Source: Spirochaetota bacterium (GTDB taxonomy: Bacteria; Spirochaetota; UBA4802; UBA5550). Taken from it: a DNA stretch of 64,000 nucleotides. The notes under the pieces are model-generated. The model searched no databases, was not told where the DNA came from, and saw nothing but the letters and a program-made list of their open reading frames with translations. Below are positions 1 through 9,532 of this stretch, one piece after another (within the stretch, counting starts at the first letter, position 1; the number at the start of each line of letters is the position of its first letter). The DNA lies in the NCBI GenBank assembly GCA_035403465.1, contig DAONFG010000013.1, forward strand, positions 1,830 through 65,829. The letters run 5' to 3'. Position numbers and translations under genes: made by a program.

Positions 1-682
1 CAATGTAGAGGTCAATATCTGAACGCGGGGGGCCCAGCCATGTGAACTTGCTGCGCAGGATATTATCCCCGCCCAGGAGTACACCTGTTACGGGATTGTA
101 AAGGGATATATGATCATCGGAATGCCCCGGTGAATGAAAGATTCTCCACATGGTGCCGTTGATGTTTATGCTGCAGTTATTACCTATTACAACGTCCGGG
201 CTGCTGACGAATTCTATTCCCCAGGACCTGGCGTATAACCTGTAATTGATCCTGTCAAAAAACCTTTTTATTCTCACGCTGAACGCAGCAGGGCTTTTTT
301 TACCCGGAGCCTCGTAGGCAAAGGAATCCCTGTAAGCCCGGCCGCTTTTAATTATTTCCGCCATTCTTTCAGTAACAATGATCTTTAAGTTATACAGCGC
401 AGAGAGTTTCCGCAGCCCGGCAAAATGGTCAGGGTGCGCATGGCTGATAAGTATGCGGGATATTCTATTAACATCCCCTCTCGCTCTGCATAAATCGCAG
501 ATACTTTTATATGCGCGGGTGTACTGTTTCAGGGCAGCGGAATTACCGTAACCCGCGTCAAAAACGACACCATTACCTCCGGTGATAACATACACATTCA
601 CCGGCGGCTTATATATTTTAGAAATTCCCTTCTCTTCGATCACAAAAATACCGGGACTTACCTCTTTTGCATACTCATTCAT
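1..682 (-). CDS. MBL-fold metallo-hydrolase (C-terminal end runs off the window)
   Basis: Manual minus-strand translation from ATG 682: MNEYAKEVSPGIFVIEEKG...VITGGNGVVFDAGYG...LISHAHPDHFAG...FHSPGHSDDH. It carries the HxHxDH zinc motif of the metallo-beta-lactamase fold. It is absent from the ORF track because the window edge truncates it. Its start overlaps the stop of the upstream ORF by 8 nt. Confidence 0.8.
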   Translation of the reverse strand, partial: MNEYAKEVSPGIFVIEEKGISKIYKPPVNVYVITGGNGVVFDAGYGNSAALKQYTRAYKSICDLCRARGDVNRISRILISHAHPDHFAGLRKLSALYNLKIIVTERMAEIIKSGRAYRDSFAYEAPGKKSPAAFSVRIKRFFDRINYRLYARSWGIEFVSSPDVVIGNNCSININGTMWRIFHSPGHSDDHISLYNPVTGVLLGGDNILRSKFTWLGPPRSDIDLYI

Positions 683-881
683 TCATAAATCTCTTAACTG
701 AAGAAAGTCCGGCAATCATGAGCCAGCCCTTTGCGACCTCTTCGTTGCTCCTGCCAATATAGAGGTTCGGGAACTCATTCCTGACTTTTTCCCTGATACG
801 CGAATTATTCTTAGCAGTAAATTCAAGAATCGACTTTTTATCATTATCATCAAGTTCATGCCAGCTGAATTTATCGGTCAT
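675..881 (-). CDS. hypothetical small protein (68 aa)
   Basis: ORF from the track with no motif I recognise. Its stop overlaps the ATG of the downstream MBL gene (ATGAATGAATGA junction), which suggests an operon. Confidence 0.45.
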   Translation of the reverse strand: MTDKFSWHELDDNDKKSILEFTAKNNSRIREKVRNEFPNLYIGRSNEEVAKGWLMIAGLSSVKRFMNE

Positions 882-1056
882 GGAAAAGTCTCCGGTTGAT
901 TATATTTAAACAGATTATATAAAATTAAAACGATTATGAACATAATCTGTAACAGGCTTGATAAAACTTTTTCATACAATTTTGTAAATGTTTTTTCAGA
1001 ATTAATTCTTGATTAATATCTTTGCGATGGAAAACTGGCTTTATCCGGGGCGGCAA

Positions 1057-1422
1057 ATGTATATTTTTGAACTCATTGCGGAAAGAAAAATTCAGCAGGC
1101 GATTGAAGAAGGGCAATTTGACAATCTCCCGAACAAGGGCAAACCCCTTGTAGATGACGGCCTTGACATGGTCCCCGAAGATCTCCGCATGGCCTATAAA
1201 ATCATGAAAAACGCAGGTATTGTGCCTGAAGAGATTGAACTGAGAAAGGGAATTGTCAACCTCTATGAACTTCTTAACGTCTGTGCAGACGAAAACGAAA
1301 GGAAGGCCATCAGGGCAAAAATCAACGAAAAACAGCTGAAATACAACCTGATCATGGAAGCGCGCGGTAAAAAAATTACAGACGTTGAGTACCTGGATAA
1401 AATAATGGATAAACTTAAATAA
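1057..1422 (+). CDS. DUF1992 / DnaJ-C28-like domain protein
   Basis: The core ELIAERKIQQAIEEGQFDNLPNKGKPL...MAYKIMKNAGIVPEE resembles the DUF1992 signature (GxFDNLPGxGKPL). I moved the start from the track's 1009 to ATG 1057 (MYIFEL...). Confidence 0.7.
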   Translation: MYIFELIAERKIQQAIEEGQFDNLPNKGKPLVDDGLDMVPEDLRMAYKIMKNAGIVPEEIELRKGIVNLYELLNVCADENERKAIRAKINEKQLKYNLIMEARGKKITDVEYLDKIMDKLK

Positions 1423-1429
1423 ACTTTTT

Positions 1430-1500
1430 GCGGGACTGCATCTCCCGCCCGAAGGGAAACCCTGCGGAAACCTTCAGGGGGCTTCGCCCCTTGAACCCTG
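1430..1500 (+). repeat. intergenic ~70-nt element, copy A (GGGGC-hairpin family)
   Basis: The sequence gcgggactgca..cccgc..aaaccctgcggaaaccTTCAGGGGGCttcGCCCCTTGAAccc aligns by eye with the copies at 23454, 25010 and 63716, all in the same orientation. It lies between convergent genes. Confidence 0.6.
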
Positions 1501-1525
1501 TCAGTAGATTAACTTCATCACAAGT

Positions 1526-2317
1526 TTAATGATTCTTTGCCATATACTTCTTCATTGCAGGCACATCCTCTGTCATGAAAGAATCGACTCCCGCGTCTGC
1601 AAGCCTGTTATACTGTGCTGCATCTTTTATATCCCAGACCTGCACCCATATCCCTTTTTTATGCATCATCCTCACAAGCCCGCTGTTTACGATATATGAC
1701 ATGCCTATGTATTCCGCTGTCTGGAGCACGTCAGCAGTGAATCCTCCGGTAAAATAAATCAGCCCTGATTTAAAGAGGCCGTATACACCAATTATCCCTG
1801 TCATTGAAAATGCGGTAGCTGAACCGGGCAGGATCTTCCTGACGAGTTTGATGTTATTGCCGAAGTATGACGAGGTAATCACGCGGTCTCCTGCTTTCAT
1901 GTTTTTTATTGTATCTGCATACCTCTTTACAAGTTCACTGTCGTTTTGCATAAGCACTACACTGAACTTTTTTCCCGGGAACGCAGAGAGAAGCTCGGAG
2001 AGGGTGATAAAACTGAAACCCTTTCCCCTGAACGGGAAACTGCTGCCGTCAATTGTAAAATGATAGGCCGCATCCATAGCCTTTATAGATGCGGCTGTAT
2101 GTGATATGACTGTTCCTGAACCGTTGCTGACCTTTTCAAGAAGATCTGAAGAGATTACCATTACCTCGCTGTCAGAGGAGAGCTGAACACTGACAGATGC
2201 TGCGTCTGCACCTTCGTCAAAACCGGCCCTGAACGCCTGCAACGTGTTCTGCGGAAGGTGTTTTACTCCGCCGTTGAGACTATATATAACCGGGAGCTTT
2301 TCAAAATATGGTTTCAT
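1526..2317 (-). CDS. glycerophosphodiester phosphodiesterase (GDPD)-fold protein, probably non-catalytic
   Basis: The 263-aa length and layout (NTLQAFRAGFDEGADA...; C-terminal VWDIKD...LADAGVDSFMTEDV) fit the UgpQ/GDPD TIM barrel. The HRG, PENT, ExD and HD catalytic positions appear substituted (see findings). Confidence 0.6.
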   Translation of the reverse strand: MKPYFEKLPVIYSLNGGVKHLPQNTLQAFRAGFDEGADAASVSVQLSSDSEVMVISSDLLEKVSNGSGTVISHTAASIKAMDAAYHFTIDGSSFPFRGKGFSFITLSELLSAFPGKKFSVVLMQNDSELVKRYADTIKNMKAGDRVITSSYFGNNIKLVRKILPGSATAFSMTGIIGVYGLFKSGLIYFTGGFTADVLQTAEYIGMSYIVNSGLVRMMHKKGIWVQVWDIKDAAQYNRLADAGVDSFMTEDVPAMKKYMAKNH

Positions 2318-2464
2318 GACTGGACCCCTGTAATAAATGATTCCCTCTTTTCCCGAATGATGGATGCCCGGAAAAGGAAATAATGTAATTTGTTATTGCT
2401 TTTAGTGATTAAAAGATATAGATTATATAAAAGGCAACATAAATTTCAGACCGGGGAATATATT

Positions 2465-3013
2465 ATGGCACAGGCAACTCAACTGATAAAAGCTTACATG
2501 ACAGAATCAATACCACCTGACGGCGGATTCATAATTACTGCTTATTTTACGACAGGGAGCAATTACTCGATCTATGAAATTACAGCATACAGGAATGTTA
2601 AGGATGTTTTCAGAACTAATGACGGTATCACATTCAAAACTGACGGCAACAGGACACACCTCCTGGTTGAACCTGCTGTTTTTACCAAAAAATACATAGA
2701 ACCTGTCAACCGCGAAACCGGTTTTTCAATACCCTACAGGTTCGCCGAACTTGACATCAAAACAACGGCAAAAAGCGAAAAACTTATGGTTGGACTTGAA
2801 CCGCTGATGCTCTATTCATCATTTACAATACTTGAAAAGAAGGGTGACTATTTTTCATATATTTTTCATCCCACAAAAGATGTTTACATAGCCATGAAAA
2901 AATTCCTTGCTGACAGCCTGTACAATGACTGCAGCCTCTCCACTACTGATTCAAAAGACACAGCAGCAAAGGTACTTGAAACAGTGAGGAAGTTCACAAT
3001 CTTCACTGGATAG
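2465..3013 (+). CDS. hypothetical protein
   Basis: ORF track 2390..3013 begins at a TTG with a basic, low-complexity leader. ATG 2465 (MAQATQLIKAY...) is the more plausible start. No motif recognised. Confidence 0.5.
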   Translation: MAQATQLIKAYMTESIPPDGGFIITAYFTTGSNYSIYEITAYRNVKDVFRTNDGITFKTDGNRTHLLVEPAVFTKKYIEPVNRETGFSIPYRFAELDIKTTAKSEKLMVGLEPLMLYSSFTILEKKGDYFSYIFHPTKDVYIAMKKFLADSLYNDCSLSTTDSKDTAAKVLETVRKFTIFTG

Positions 3014-3106
3014 CAAAAATTAAAGCGTAATAAAATGTTGACAAAAATGATTATCCTGAATCAACTAAGTTTATTCTAAATAATTAATGAGGTTATTCAA
3101 ACAGGC

Positions 3107-3934
3107 ATGTCATCAGACAACTCAGATCCCTTAAGTAGATCCCGCATAAAGAATTTCATCAACAGTATAAAAAAATCATTCAAAAACAGCTCATCCGAGT
3201 TTGACGCTGACGTTTATGAACAGCTCGATCCGCGCAGAAAAGAGATGATTGACGGAATTATCACTCTCTCCGAACTGAACGCCAAGGATATCATGATTCC
3301 GCGCGTAGACATGGTTGCAGTCGATTCAGAGATTGAACTGAAAGCTCTCATAAAACTTATAATCGAGGCAGGCCATTCCAGGCTCCCGGTGTACGACGAG
3401 ACCATTGACAATATCACTGGAATACTATATGTAAAAGACCTGATCAGGCTGCTCAGCGAAAAGCCGAAAAAATTCAATCTCAAAAAACTGCTCCATGATC
3501 CCTTTTTTGTTCCCGAGACCATGCCGCTTGACGAACTTCTTCTTGAATTCAAGGCACGCCAGCTTCACATAGCTGTTGTTGTTGATGAATACGGCGGCGT
3601 CGGCGGGATTGTCACCATGGAGGACATACTTGAAGTCATTGTAGGCGAGATCAACGACGAATATGATACAGAAGAGCCCCCTGAATTAGAGAAGAAAGGC
3701 CCCTCGACATGGGAAGTTGATTCGCGCATGCTGATTACTGATTTCAATGATGAACTGGGACTTGATATCCCGACAGACGATTTTGATACAATCGGCGGAT
3801 TTGTATTTGACCTCTTCGGCAGGGTACCCGAGAAGGATGAAGTGGTCAAATACGGGAATGTTTCCTTCAAGATAAAGGAAATCGAGGGCACAAAAATCAT
3901 CCGGATCACCATAACCATCGCAAAACAGAGATAA
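3107..3934 (+). CDS. corC: CBS-pair + CorC/HlyC domain protein (CorC/TlyC family magnesium/cobalt efflux or hemolysin-like)
   Basis: The motifs DIMIPRVDMVAVDSE...AGHSRLPVY...ITGILYVKDL (CBS pair) and the C-terminal GGFVFDLFGRVPEKDE...FKIKEIEGTKI (CorC_HlyC) are typical of this family. Confidence 0.85.
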   Translation: MSSDNSDPLSRSRIKNFINSIKKSFKNSSSEFDADVYEQLDPRRKEMIDGIITLSELNAKDIMIPRVDMVAVDSEIELKALIKLIIEAGHSRLPVYDETIDNITGILYVKDLIRLLSEKPKKFNLKKLLHDPFFVPETMPLDELLLEFKARQLHIAVVVDEYGGVGGIVTMEDILEVIVGEINDEYDTEEPPELEKKGPSTWEVDSRMLITDFNDELGLDIPTDDFDTIGGFVFDLFGRVPEKDEVVKYGNVSFKIKEIEGTKIIRITITIAKQR

Positions 3935-3935
3935 T

Positions 3936-4709
3936 ATGCCGCTGCTCCGCACAGATGGAATTGTTCTCACCAGGCGGCTGTCAGGCGAGTCTGATTTTAT
4001 ATGTTCGATCTACACCCGGGACCACGGAAAAAAACAATTTATCTTCAAGGGTCTGAAAAAAACCCGCAAAAGACCAGTCAGCCTGTCAGAACCCGGCTCA
4101 GTGATATGCATAACTTATTACTCGAAGGAGAACAGCACAATAAACGCTGTATCATCCTTTGAACCCGTTTTTCTTGCCCCGGCGATAAGAAAAGAAGCCC
4201 TGAAGATCCATTCACTTTACTATATAGTCGAACTTGTTGAAAAAACATCGGGCGAAGCTGATTCCGCGTCAGACCTGTACAACCTTATTTCATCGGGAAT
4301 CGGGGCGCTTGAAAAAACCGGCATGGTCATGCACTTCAACCTCTTTTTCACGGTACGCTATATGGCCATGCAGGGCATACTCCCTGGTACCGGCAGATGT
4401 ATACATTGCGGATCAGAAAATGCCTTGTCATATGATGTGGACAGCCACACCCTCAATTTCACATGTTCAGCCTGTTCTGAATATGAAGGTGCGGATATAA
4501 GCGGCAGAACTGCGCTCTTCATGCGGAGGTCATCGTCCGAAAGGTTCAGCCTGATTGACATGTCAGATGTTCCGGAGAACGAGGTGTCGCTCCTGTTTAT
4601 AAAAACTGCGGGTTTTATCGAAAATTACTACGGGTTCAGGTTTAAAAGCCTGGACATGCTCATGTTCAGCAGAAGCAGTTCAGACAAAGAAAAGGGCCGC
4701 AATCCCTGA
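3936..4709 (+). CDS. recO: DNA repair protein RecO
   Basis: The N-terminal OB-fold signature is MPLLRTDGIVLTRRLSGESDFICSIYTRDHGK. A central Cys4 zinc motif is present (CIHCGS...CSACS). It starts 1 nt after the corC stop. Confidence 0.8.
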   Translation: MPLLRTDGIVLTRRLSGESDFICSIYTRDHGKKQFIFKGLKKTRKRPVSLSEPGSVICITYYSKENSTINAVSSFEPVFLAPAIRKEALKIHSLYYIVELVEKTSGEADSASDLYNLISSGIGALEKTGMVMHFNLFFTVRYMAMQGILPGTGRCIHCGSENALSYDVDSHTLNFTCSACSEYEGADISGRTALFMRRSSSERFSLIDMSDVPENEVSLLFIKTAGFIENYYGFRFKSLDMLMFSRSSSDKEKGRNP

Positions 4710-5993
4710 ACAGAGTATAACACCGAAACCCGCAGCTATGCCCTTCCTGAAGTTCCGTGAACCTATGGCAAAGGCCATTATAAATTTTAGTATGGTATTC
4801 GAAAATGCCGCGAGTGTAATTGCAACAGTCGCCTGGTGCATCCTTTCGGGACTGTTTTTCGAAAGGTTGCTCATGGTCAGGGTGATGGCGTCGACATCGG
4901 TCATACCGGAAAGAACACTCACGATGTAAACACCGCTGTCGCCTGCCGTGATGCTTATGAAGCGCGTGATAAGAACTATGGCCGCGTAAAGCAGCCCGAA
5001 CTTTACCGCAGGCATGATACTGAAAGGATTGGCAAGCGGAACATCTTCGGTCTTTTCTTTCCCGGTAATCCTCCAGATTATGAAGCATAAGACAAATCCC
5101 GCAGCAGCCATTGTTCCAAGGGTTACAGCAAGCCCCGGAAGAAGACTGCTGTTGATTATCGCAACCTCGACCAGTACCCTGGGGAACATTGTTGAGCAGG
5201 CCAGGAGCACAGCCAGCGAACAGGATAAGGCAAGCCTGTTCTCTGTAAGGCTTCGTTTTGCGAATGTCAGCGTAGTGGCAGTGCTCGAAACAAGTCCGCC
5301 AAGGAGGCCGGTAAGACCTATACCCTTCCGTGATCCCAGAATTTTTATCAGCACATAGCCGGTAAAACCAATGCCTGAAATAAGGACAACCATGAGCCAT
5401 ACATTGCGGGGATTAAAGAGGACCAGGGACTCAAGCCCGGGGTACATCTTGTAAACTTTCAGCCCGCCTGCAACAGAACCGAGTACAACTTCAACCGAGG
5501 GATTAAAGAGCGGCAGAATTACAAGCGAAACTATGGCAAATTTAATAACAGCAAGCATATCTTCAGGAGTGATCCTGCCCGAAAGAGTCTCCATGTAGCG
5601 CTTGAGGTAGAGTACAAGGACAACAATTACAGTGATTGAAGCAGAAAGTATAAACATACCCTGTGAAACAAGGACACCGACAGTATAGCAGATAAGTATA
5701 CTGACTTCAGTGGTAAGCCCGCGCTCATTGAATTTATAAAACGAGATGGCATATACGGCCAGTGCAAGTAAAACGACAGCAGCCATTGAGACAAGAAGGA
5801 ATCCAGGGCGGTAATTGCGGTCAATGAACATTGATATGCAGCCGAAAAGTGAAATCAGCGAGTAAGTGCGTATGCCCCCGATAATGTCGCCATCCGGATC
5901 TTCACTCCTGGCAGTGGTTACTGATCGCTCAAATCCCATAAGCGCACCAAGTAGAAGTGATATTATGAAAGGCTGAATTATACTGATATTCAT
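4680..5993 (-). CDS. MgtC/SapB-family membrane protein with DUF4010-like C-terminal region
   Basis: It is polytopic, and the N-terminal LLLGALMGFERS motif is typical of MgtC. The track start is 6026. The internal ATG 5993 (MNISIIQPF) is preceded by GGAGG. The 3' end overlaps convergent recO by 30 nt. Confidence 0.7.
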   Translation of the reverse strand: MNISIIQPFIISLLLGALMGFERSVTTARSEDPDGDIIGGIRTYSLISLFGCISMFIDRNYRPGFLLVSMAAVVLLALAVYAISFYKFNERGLTTEVSILICYTVGVLVSQGMFILSASITVIVVLVLYLKRYMETLSGRITPEDMLAVIKFAIVSLVILPLFNPSVEVVLGSVAGGLKVYKMYPGLESLVLFNPRNVWLMVVLISGIGFTGYVLIKILGSRKGIGLTGLLGGLVSSTATTLTFAKRSLTENRLALSCSLAVLLACSTMFPRVLVEVAIINSSLLPGLAVTLGTMAAAGFVLCFIIWRITGKEKTEDVPLANPFSIMPAVKFGLLYAAIVLITRFISITAGDSGVYIVSVLSGMTDVDAITLTMSNLSKNSPERMHQATVAITLAAFSNTILKFIMAFAIGSRNFRKGIAAGFGVILCSGIAALFFV

Positions 5994-6074
5994 ATGGCCT
6001 CCATTTTTAAACAGGGTCTGCCGCATAAAGTATATGGTTCAGTGCTTACCGGACGGTAAGATGAGAGAAAGAGA

Positions 6075-6242
6075 TTATTTGCCGCTGCCCCTTGTAAGCG
6101 GGCAAGCAAGGACCTTGAACTCCCCGTTCTTGGGATCCTGGCTTGTTGCCATGGAACTTAGTGAACCGCCGTAATTACACAATACCTGGTAGTTTCTCAG
6201 TTCTATATGATGTTTGCATTTTTTGCAATCTTCAAGTTTCAT
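6075..6242 (-). CDS. small Cys-containing protein (55 aa), possible zinc-ribbon
   Basis: Manual translation gives MKLEDCKKCKHHIELRNYQVLCNYGGSLSSMATSQDPKNGEFKVLACPLTRGSGK. It falls below the track's length cutoff. It is co-directional with and just upstream of the MgtC-like gene. Confidence 0.4.
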   Translation of the reverse strand: MKLEDCKKCKHHIELRNYQVLCNYGGSLSSMATSQDPKNGEFKVLACPLTRGSGK

Positions 6243-6523
6243 TATTCTGCTCCGGTGATTCAGTCTGAATATTTAAAAGATTAAAATTATGTCACTTCTA
6301 TTATAAAGCCTTAGATAATTATTTCAATGGTTATTGTCAATAATTAAATTAGATATAAAATGGACCGGCTGTTTTTTTCAATTCCTGTATATAATCTTTA
6401 CCGCAATTGTCAAGTAAAGCAGAAGATTTTTGCAATCAGCAGTTCCCTCACACTCCACTGTTTTCATACTTGACACCATGATTATGCTGTTGTATTTATT
6501 AAGTAAGTTAAAAGGCGGGGAAG

Positions 6524-7273
6524 ATGCTGAAAAACAAAGGTAACGTTAAAAAAATATCCGGGAAAAACAAGCTTCTGCTTATTACAGGCCTTGCCGTGGC
6601 GGTAATCTTCCTGGTACTGAACGCTGTATTCGGATTTTTTAACTGCGGAATGCGGCGGGAATACAGGGGTGTTGATGATAAATTTATCAGGGATATTCGC
6701 GATAAGATCACAATGCTTGAAAAAGAGGAAGTAAAAGACCCTGCTGCTATAGGCCGGCTTGCGGAGCAATATAACCTCCTGGGAACAATTTATCTCGAGA
6801 AGGAACTTTATGGACCTGCAATCGACGCCCTTAACAATTCAATGAAATACGGCAACACATCAGCCCCTATTTATTATTCCCTGGGACTGGCATACGCGAA
6901 CAGAAGTGTTGCAACGAATTCTGCTGACGACCTGGACAAGGCCGAAGCATGCTACAGGAAAGCAATAGAGAAGAGGCCGGGATTTCAGGACAGCATGTAT
7001 GGACTTGCAGTGCTCCTTTTCTACCACAGGGATAAAAAGGAAGAGGCCATGAATCTTGTTAACGAGATTGTGGCAAAAAACCCGGCATTCTACGAGGCAA
7101 GGTTTGCACAGGGAAGATTTCTTTACGAAACAGGGAACAGGGAACAGGCTTTATCAGTCTACCAGTCGCTCGCCTCTGACCTTGAGAAGCTCCCTCCGTC
7201 AGGAATTGTGAATGAGTATAAAAGCAACTGCAGCAACAACATAAATACGCTGATATCCGAACTGGGGAAATAA
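6524..7273 (+). CDS. membrane-anchored TPR-repeat protein
   Basis: It has an N-terminal TM helix (LLLITGLAVAVIFLVLNAVFGFF). TPR-like helical pairs follow (AEQYNLLGTIYLEKELYGPAIDALNNS..., GLAYANR...AEACYRKAIEKRP, YEARFAQGRFLYETGNREQAL). Confidence 0.7.
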   Translation: MLKNKGNVKKISGKNKLLLITGLAVAVIFLVLNAVFGFFNCGMRREYRGVDDKFIRDIRDKITMLEKEEVKDPAAIGRLAEQYNLLGTIYLEKELYGPAIDALNNSMKYGNTSAPIYYSLGLAYANRSVATNSADDLDKAEACYRKAIEKRPGFQDSMYGLAVLLFYHRDKKEEAMNLVNEIVAKNPAFYEARFAQGRFLYETGNREQALSVYQSLASDLEKLPPSGIVNEYKSNCSNNINTLISELGK

Positions 7274-7280
7274 CAGGATA

Positions 7281-8069
7281 TCAGCGCCATTCCTCGTCAG
7301 GCAGAGGTCTTTGAATTCTTTTGTCCTTTGAATCTTCGACGAATTTTTCTTTAAGTATTACTATATCTACCCTGCGGTTATATGCCCTGCCCTCGGGTGT
7401 TGAGTTATCTTCAATGGGCCTGAACTCTCCGAATGCGACTGAGGAAAGCTGCCTCTGGTCTACGGATTCCTCGTAAGCAAGGTGCTGAAGAACCGCAAGG
7501 CTCCTTGCCGAAGAAAGCTCCCAGTTAGTCCGAAAACCCCCCTTTGCCTGTGACTGGGTAACCTTACTGTCATCAGTATAGCCTTCAATACGCACAAAGT
7601 TCGGGACGTATTTTATTATATTGGATATCTTTCTAAGTACGGGTCTCATCTCCTCTTTCAGTTCAGCTGAACCCGGATCAAAAAAGAAATCTGAAGAGAG
7701 GCTTATCACAAGGCCCCTCTCATCCTCCTGGATCCTTATGTACTTGGCCTTGACCTCGAGTTTAAGCAGCTCTGTTGCGCGGCTGATCATCTTCTTGCCC
7801 AGGGACTTCCCTTTTTCGTTCGAAGGGAGGGCCATCATGTTATGCCCCATTTCTGTCAGTTTTCCCTTGGACAAAGACCTGCCACCTTCCATTATACCAA
7901 GGTTACCCTGGAAAGAGTTAATTATCATTTTAAAATCGTCAGCAGCGTTTGTTGTGACATCACCCATCATGACGATGAAAAAGCACATGAGCAGGTTGTT
8001 CATGTCCCCCATGGTAACCATCCACGCCGGCGGTGGTGGCGCTGAACTCTTTTTTCTTGGTTTACCCAA
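7281..8069 (-). CDS. motB: flagellar motor stator protein MotB (OmpA-like C-terminus)
   Basis: The N-terminal plug/TM is PAWMVTMGDMNNLLMCFFIVMM, with the conserved Asp. The C-terminal peptidoglycan-binding motif is RIEGYTDD...NWELSSARSLAVLQHL...NRRVDIVI. Confidence 0.9.
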   Translation of the reverse strand: MGKPRKKSSAPPPPAWMVTMGDMNNLLMCFFIVMMGDVTTNAADDFKMIINSFQGNLGIMEGGRSLSKGKLTEMGHNMMALPSNEKGKSLGKKMISRATELLKLEVKAKYIRIQEDERGLVISLSSDFFFDPGSAELKEEMRPVLRKISNIIKYVPNFVRIEGYTDDSKVTQSQAKGGFRTNWELSSARSLAVLQHLAYEESVDQRQLSSVAFGEFRPIEDNSTPEGRAYNRRVDIVILKEKFVEDSKDKRIQRPLPDEEWR

Positions 8070-8081
8070 TTTCTATTCCCC

Positions 8082-8861
8082 TTATTCCGCTTTCTCGTCG
8101 TTAAGGCTGACCCTCATATCAGGGGCAAGGAATGATGCGAGTTTCTCCTTAAGTACCCTGGGGTTATCACCTGCCTGTATCGAGAGGACACCCATAACAA
8201 GAATCGATTTATACAGGACCTCTTCACCTGTAAGTGAGTCGAGGTTACCGGCAAGCGGCGTGAGAATCAGGTACGCAAGAACGGCGCCATAAAATGTTGT
8301 AATAATAGCAACCGCAAGGTACGGACCTACAGTGGATTTGTCGTTAAGGTTAACGAGCATAAGAACAAGACCCATAAGTGTACCGATCATACCGAATGCC
8401 GGGGCAAGACCGGCAAAATCGTCAAATATCTTTTTATTGCCGTCATGGCGTGAAGCCATCTGGTCTATGTCAACTTCAAGGATTGTCTTTACAAGTTCAG
8501 GGTCAGTACCGTCAACAAGAAGCTGCAGCGCTTTTTTAAGAAACTCATCGTCTATTGCCTCAATATCGTCTTCGAGAGAAAGGAGCCCCTCCCTTCTTGA
8601 CTTTTCGGAAAACTGGACCAGTGTGATTATAAGTTCAACATGGTCATATTTAGGCGGAAATACCGCGATTTTAATAAATGTAGGCAATTGCATCAGTACA
8701 GGGATCGGGTATGCAATCATGAGTGCGCACCAGCCACCGCCAAAGGTAATCAATACAGAGGGAATGTCCCAGAACATGATCAGACTTCCGCCTGCGACCA
8801 GTACACCGAAAGCCAGAAGGGCTAAACCGACAAAAAAACCTATTACTAATCCAATATTCAT
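8082..8861 (-). CDS. motA: flagellar motor stator protein MotA (MotA/TolQ/ExbB channel family)
   Basis: 259 aa with 4 TM segments. The motif APAFGMIGTLMGLVLML...AIITTFYGAVLA is typical of MotA. It lies immediately upstream of motB. Confidence 0.9.
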   Translation of the reverse strand: MNIGLVIGFFVGLALLAFGVLVAGGSLIMFWDIPSVLITFGGGWCALMIAYPIPVLMQLPTFIKIAVFPPKYDHVELIITLVQFSEKSRREGLLSLEDDIEAIDDEFLKKALQLLVDGTDPELVKTILEVDIDQMASRHDGNKKIFDDFAGLAPAFGMIGTLMGLVLMLVNLNDKSTVGPYLAVAIITTFYGAVLAYLILTPLAGNLDSLTGEEVLYKSILVMGVLSIQAGDNPRVLKEKLASFLAPDMRVSLNDEKAE

Positions 8862-8936
8862 TTTTAACCTTTAGATAACCATTTGTTTTATAATCTTAAC
8901 ATCACATATTGCACAGTCAAGTTTTAAATAAAAGAG

Positions 8937-9353
8937 CTATTTGACACCCTGATCAATCTTATGTTTTTTTACAACTTCAACGATCTCATCAAACATCTTT
9001 GCAGGATCATTATAGTTCGACATATCACCTGTTCCAGATCCTGTTTTTGCCCTGACACCGGTTGTCACCGCGTCAATTACAAGGTTAAGGCCGCGCCGCA
9101 CATCGCGCTTATTATCAGGGATATCCATATACAATTCCGGTTTTGCCAGCCTGGCCTTTACCTCTTCCTGCAGGGACTTTCCTGTAGTATTAGCATCGTC
9201 AAAATTGCCGATTTTCATGAGTTCATCTATCTTTCTTTTATAGTCAAGTTCGCGCCATGCAGAGGTTTTTGCAGTTTTTTTTCTGTTCATGAACCGTACA
9301 ATGAACTGCAGGGCTATCAGGGCCAGAACTACCGGCAGTATCTTTTCGAACAT
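8937..9353 (-). CDS. hypothetical membrane-anchored protein upstream of motA
   Basis: It has an N-terminal TM helix (ILPVVLALIALQFIVRF) and a charged soluble domain. No motif recognised. It is co-directional with motAB, with a 75-bp gap. Confidence 0.5.
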   Translation of the reverse strand: MFEKILPVVLALIALQFIVRFMNRKKTAKTSAWRELDYKRKIDELMKIGNFDDANTTGKSLQEEVKARLAKPELYMDIPDNKRDVRRGLNLVIDAVTTGVRAKTGSGTGDMSNYNDPAKMFDEIVEVVKKHKIDQGVK

Positions 9354-9532
9354 TTAGCTTTCCATTTCATTTGAGTGATTTACGTTATATTTAACACAAA
9401 TTAAAGCCGGTCAAGCAACTTTCACATCCATAAACAAAAAGCCGGACATCAGTCGGGGATCAAAATTATAGACTTGACTCTCTGCTAAAATTAAGTTTAT
9501 TATTGATAGATACTTAACTCCCGGAGGATAAA

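Noticed and set aside
4666-5400. A 244-aa ORF on the same strand as the MgtC-like gene but in another frame.
   Set aside because: Its Cys/Arg/His-rich composition is implausible, and it is fully nested in a membrane-protein gene with consistent TM periodicity.
7621-8874. Long + strand ORFs (223 aa and 180 aa) antisense to motB and motA.
   Set aside because: They are Ser/Pro/Leu-rich and low-complexity, with no motifs. They lie exactly opposite two genes with strong family signatures. These are typical shadow ORFs.
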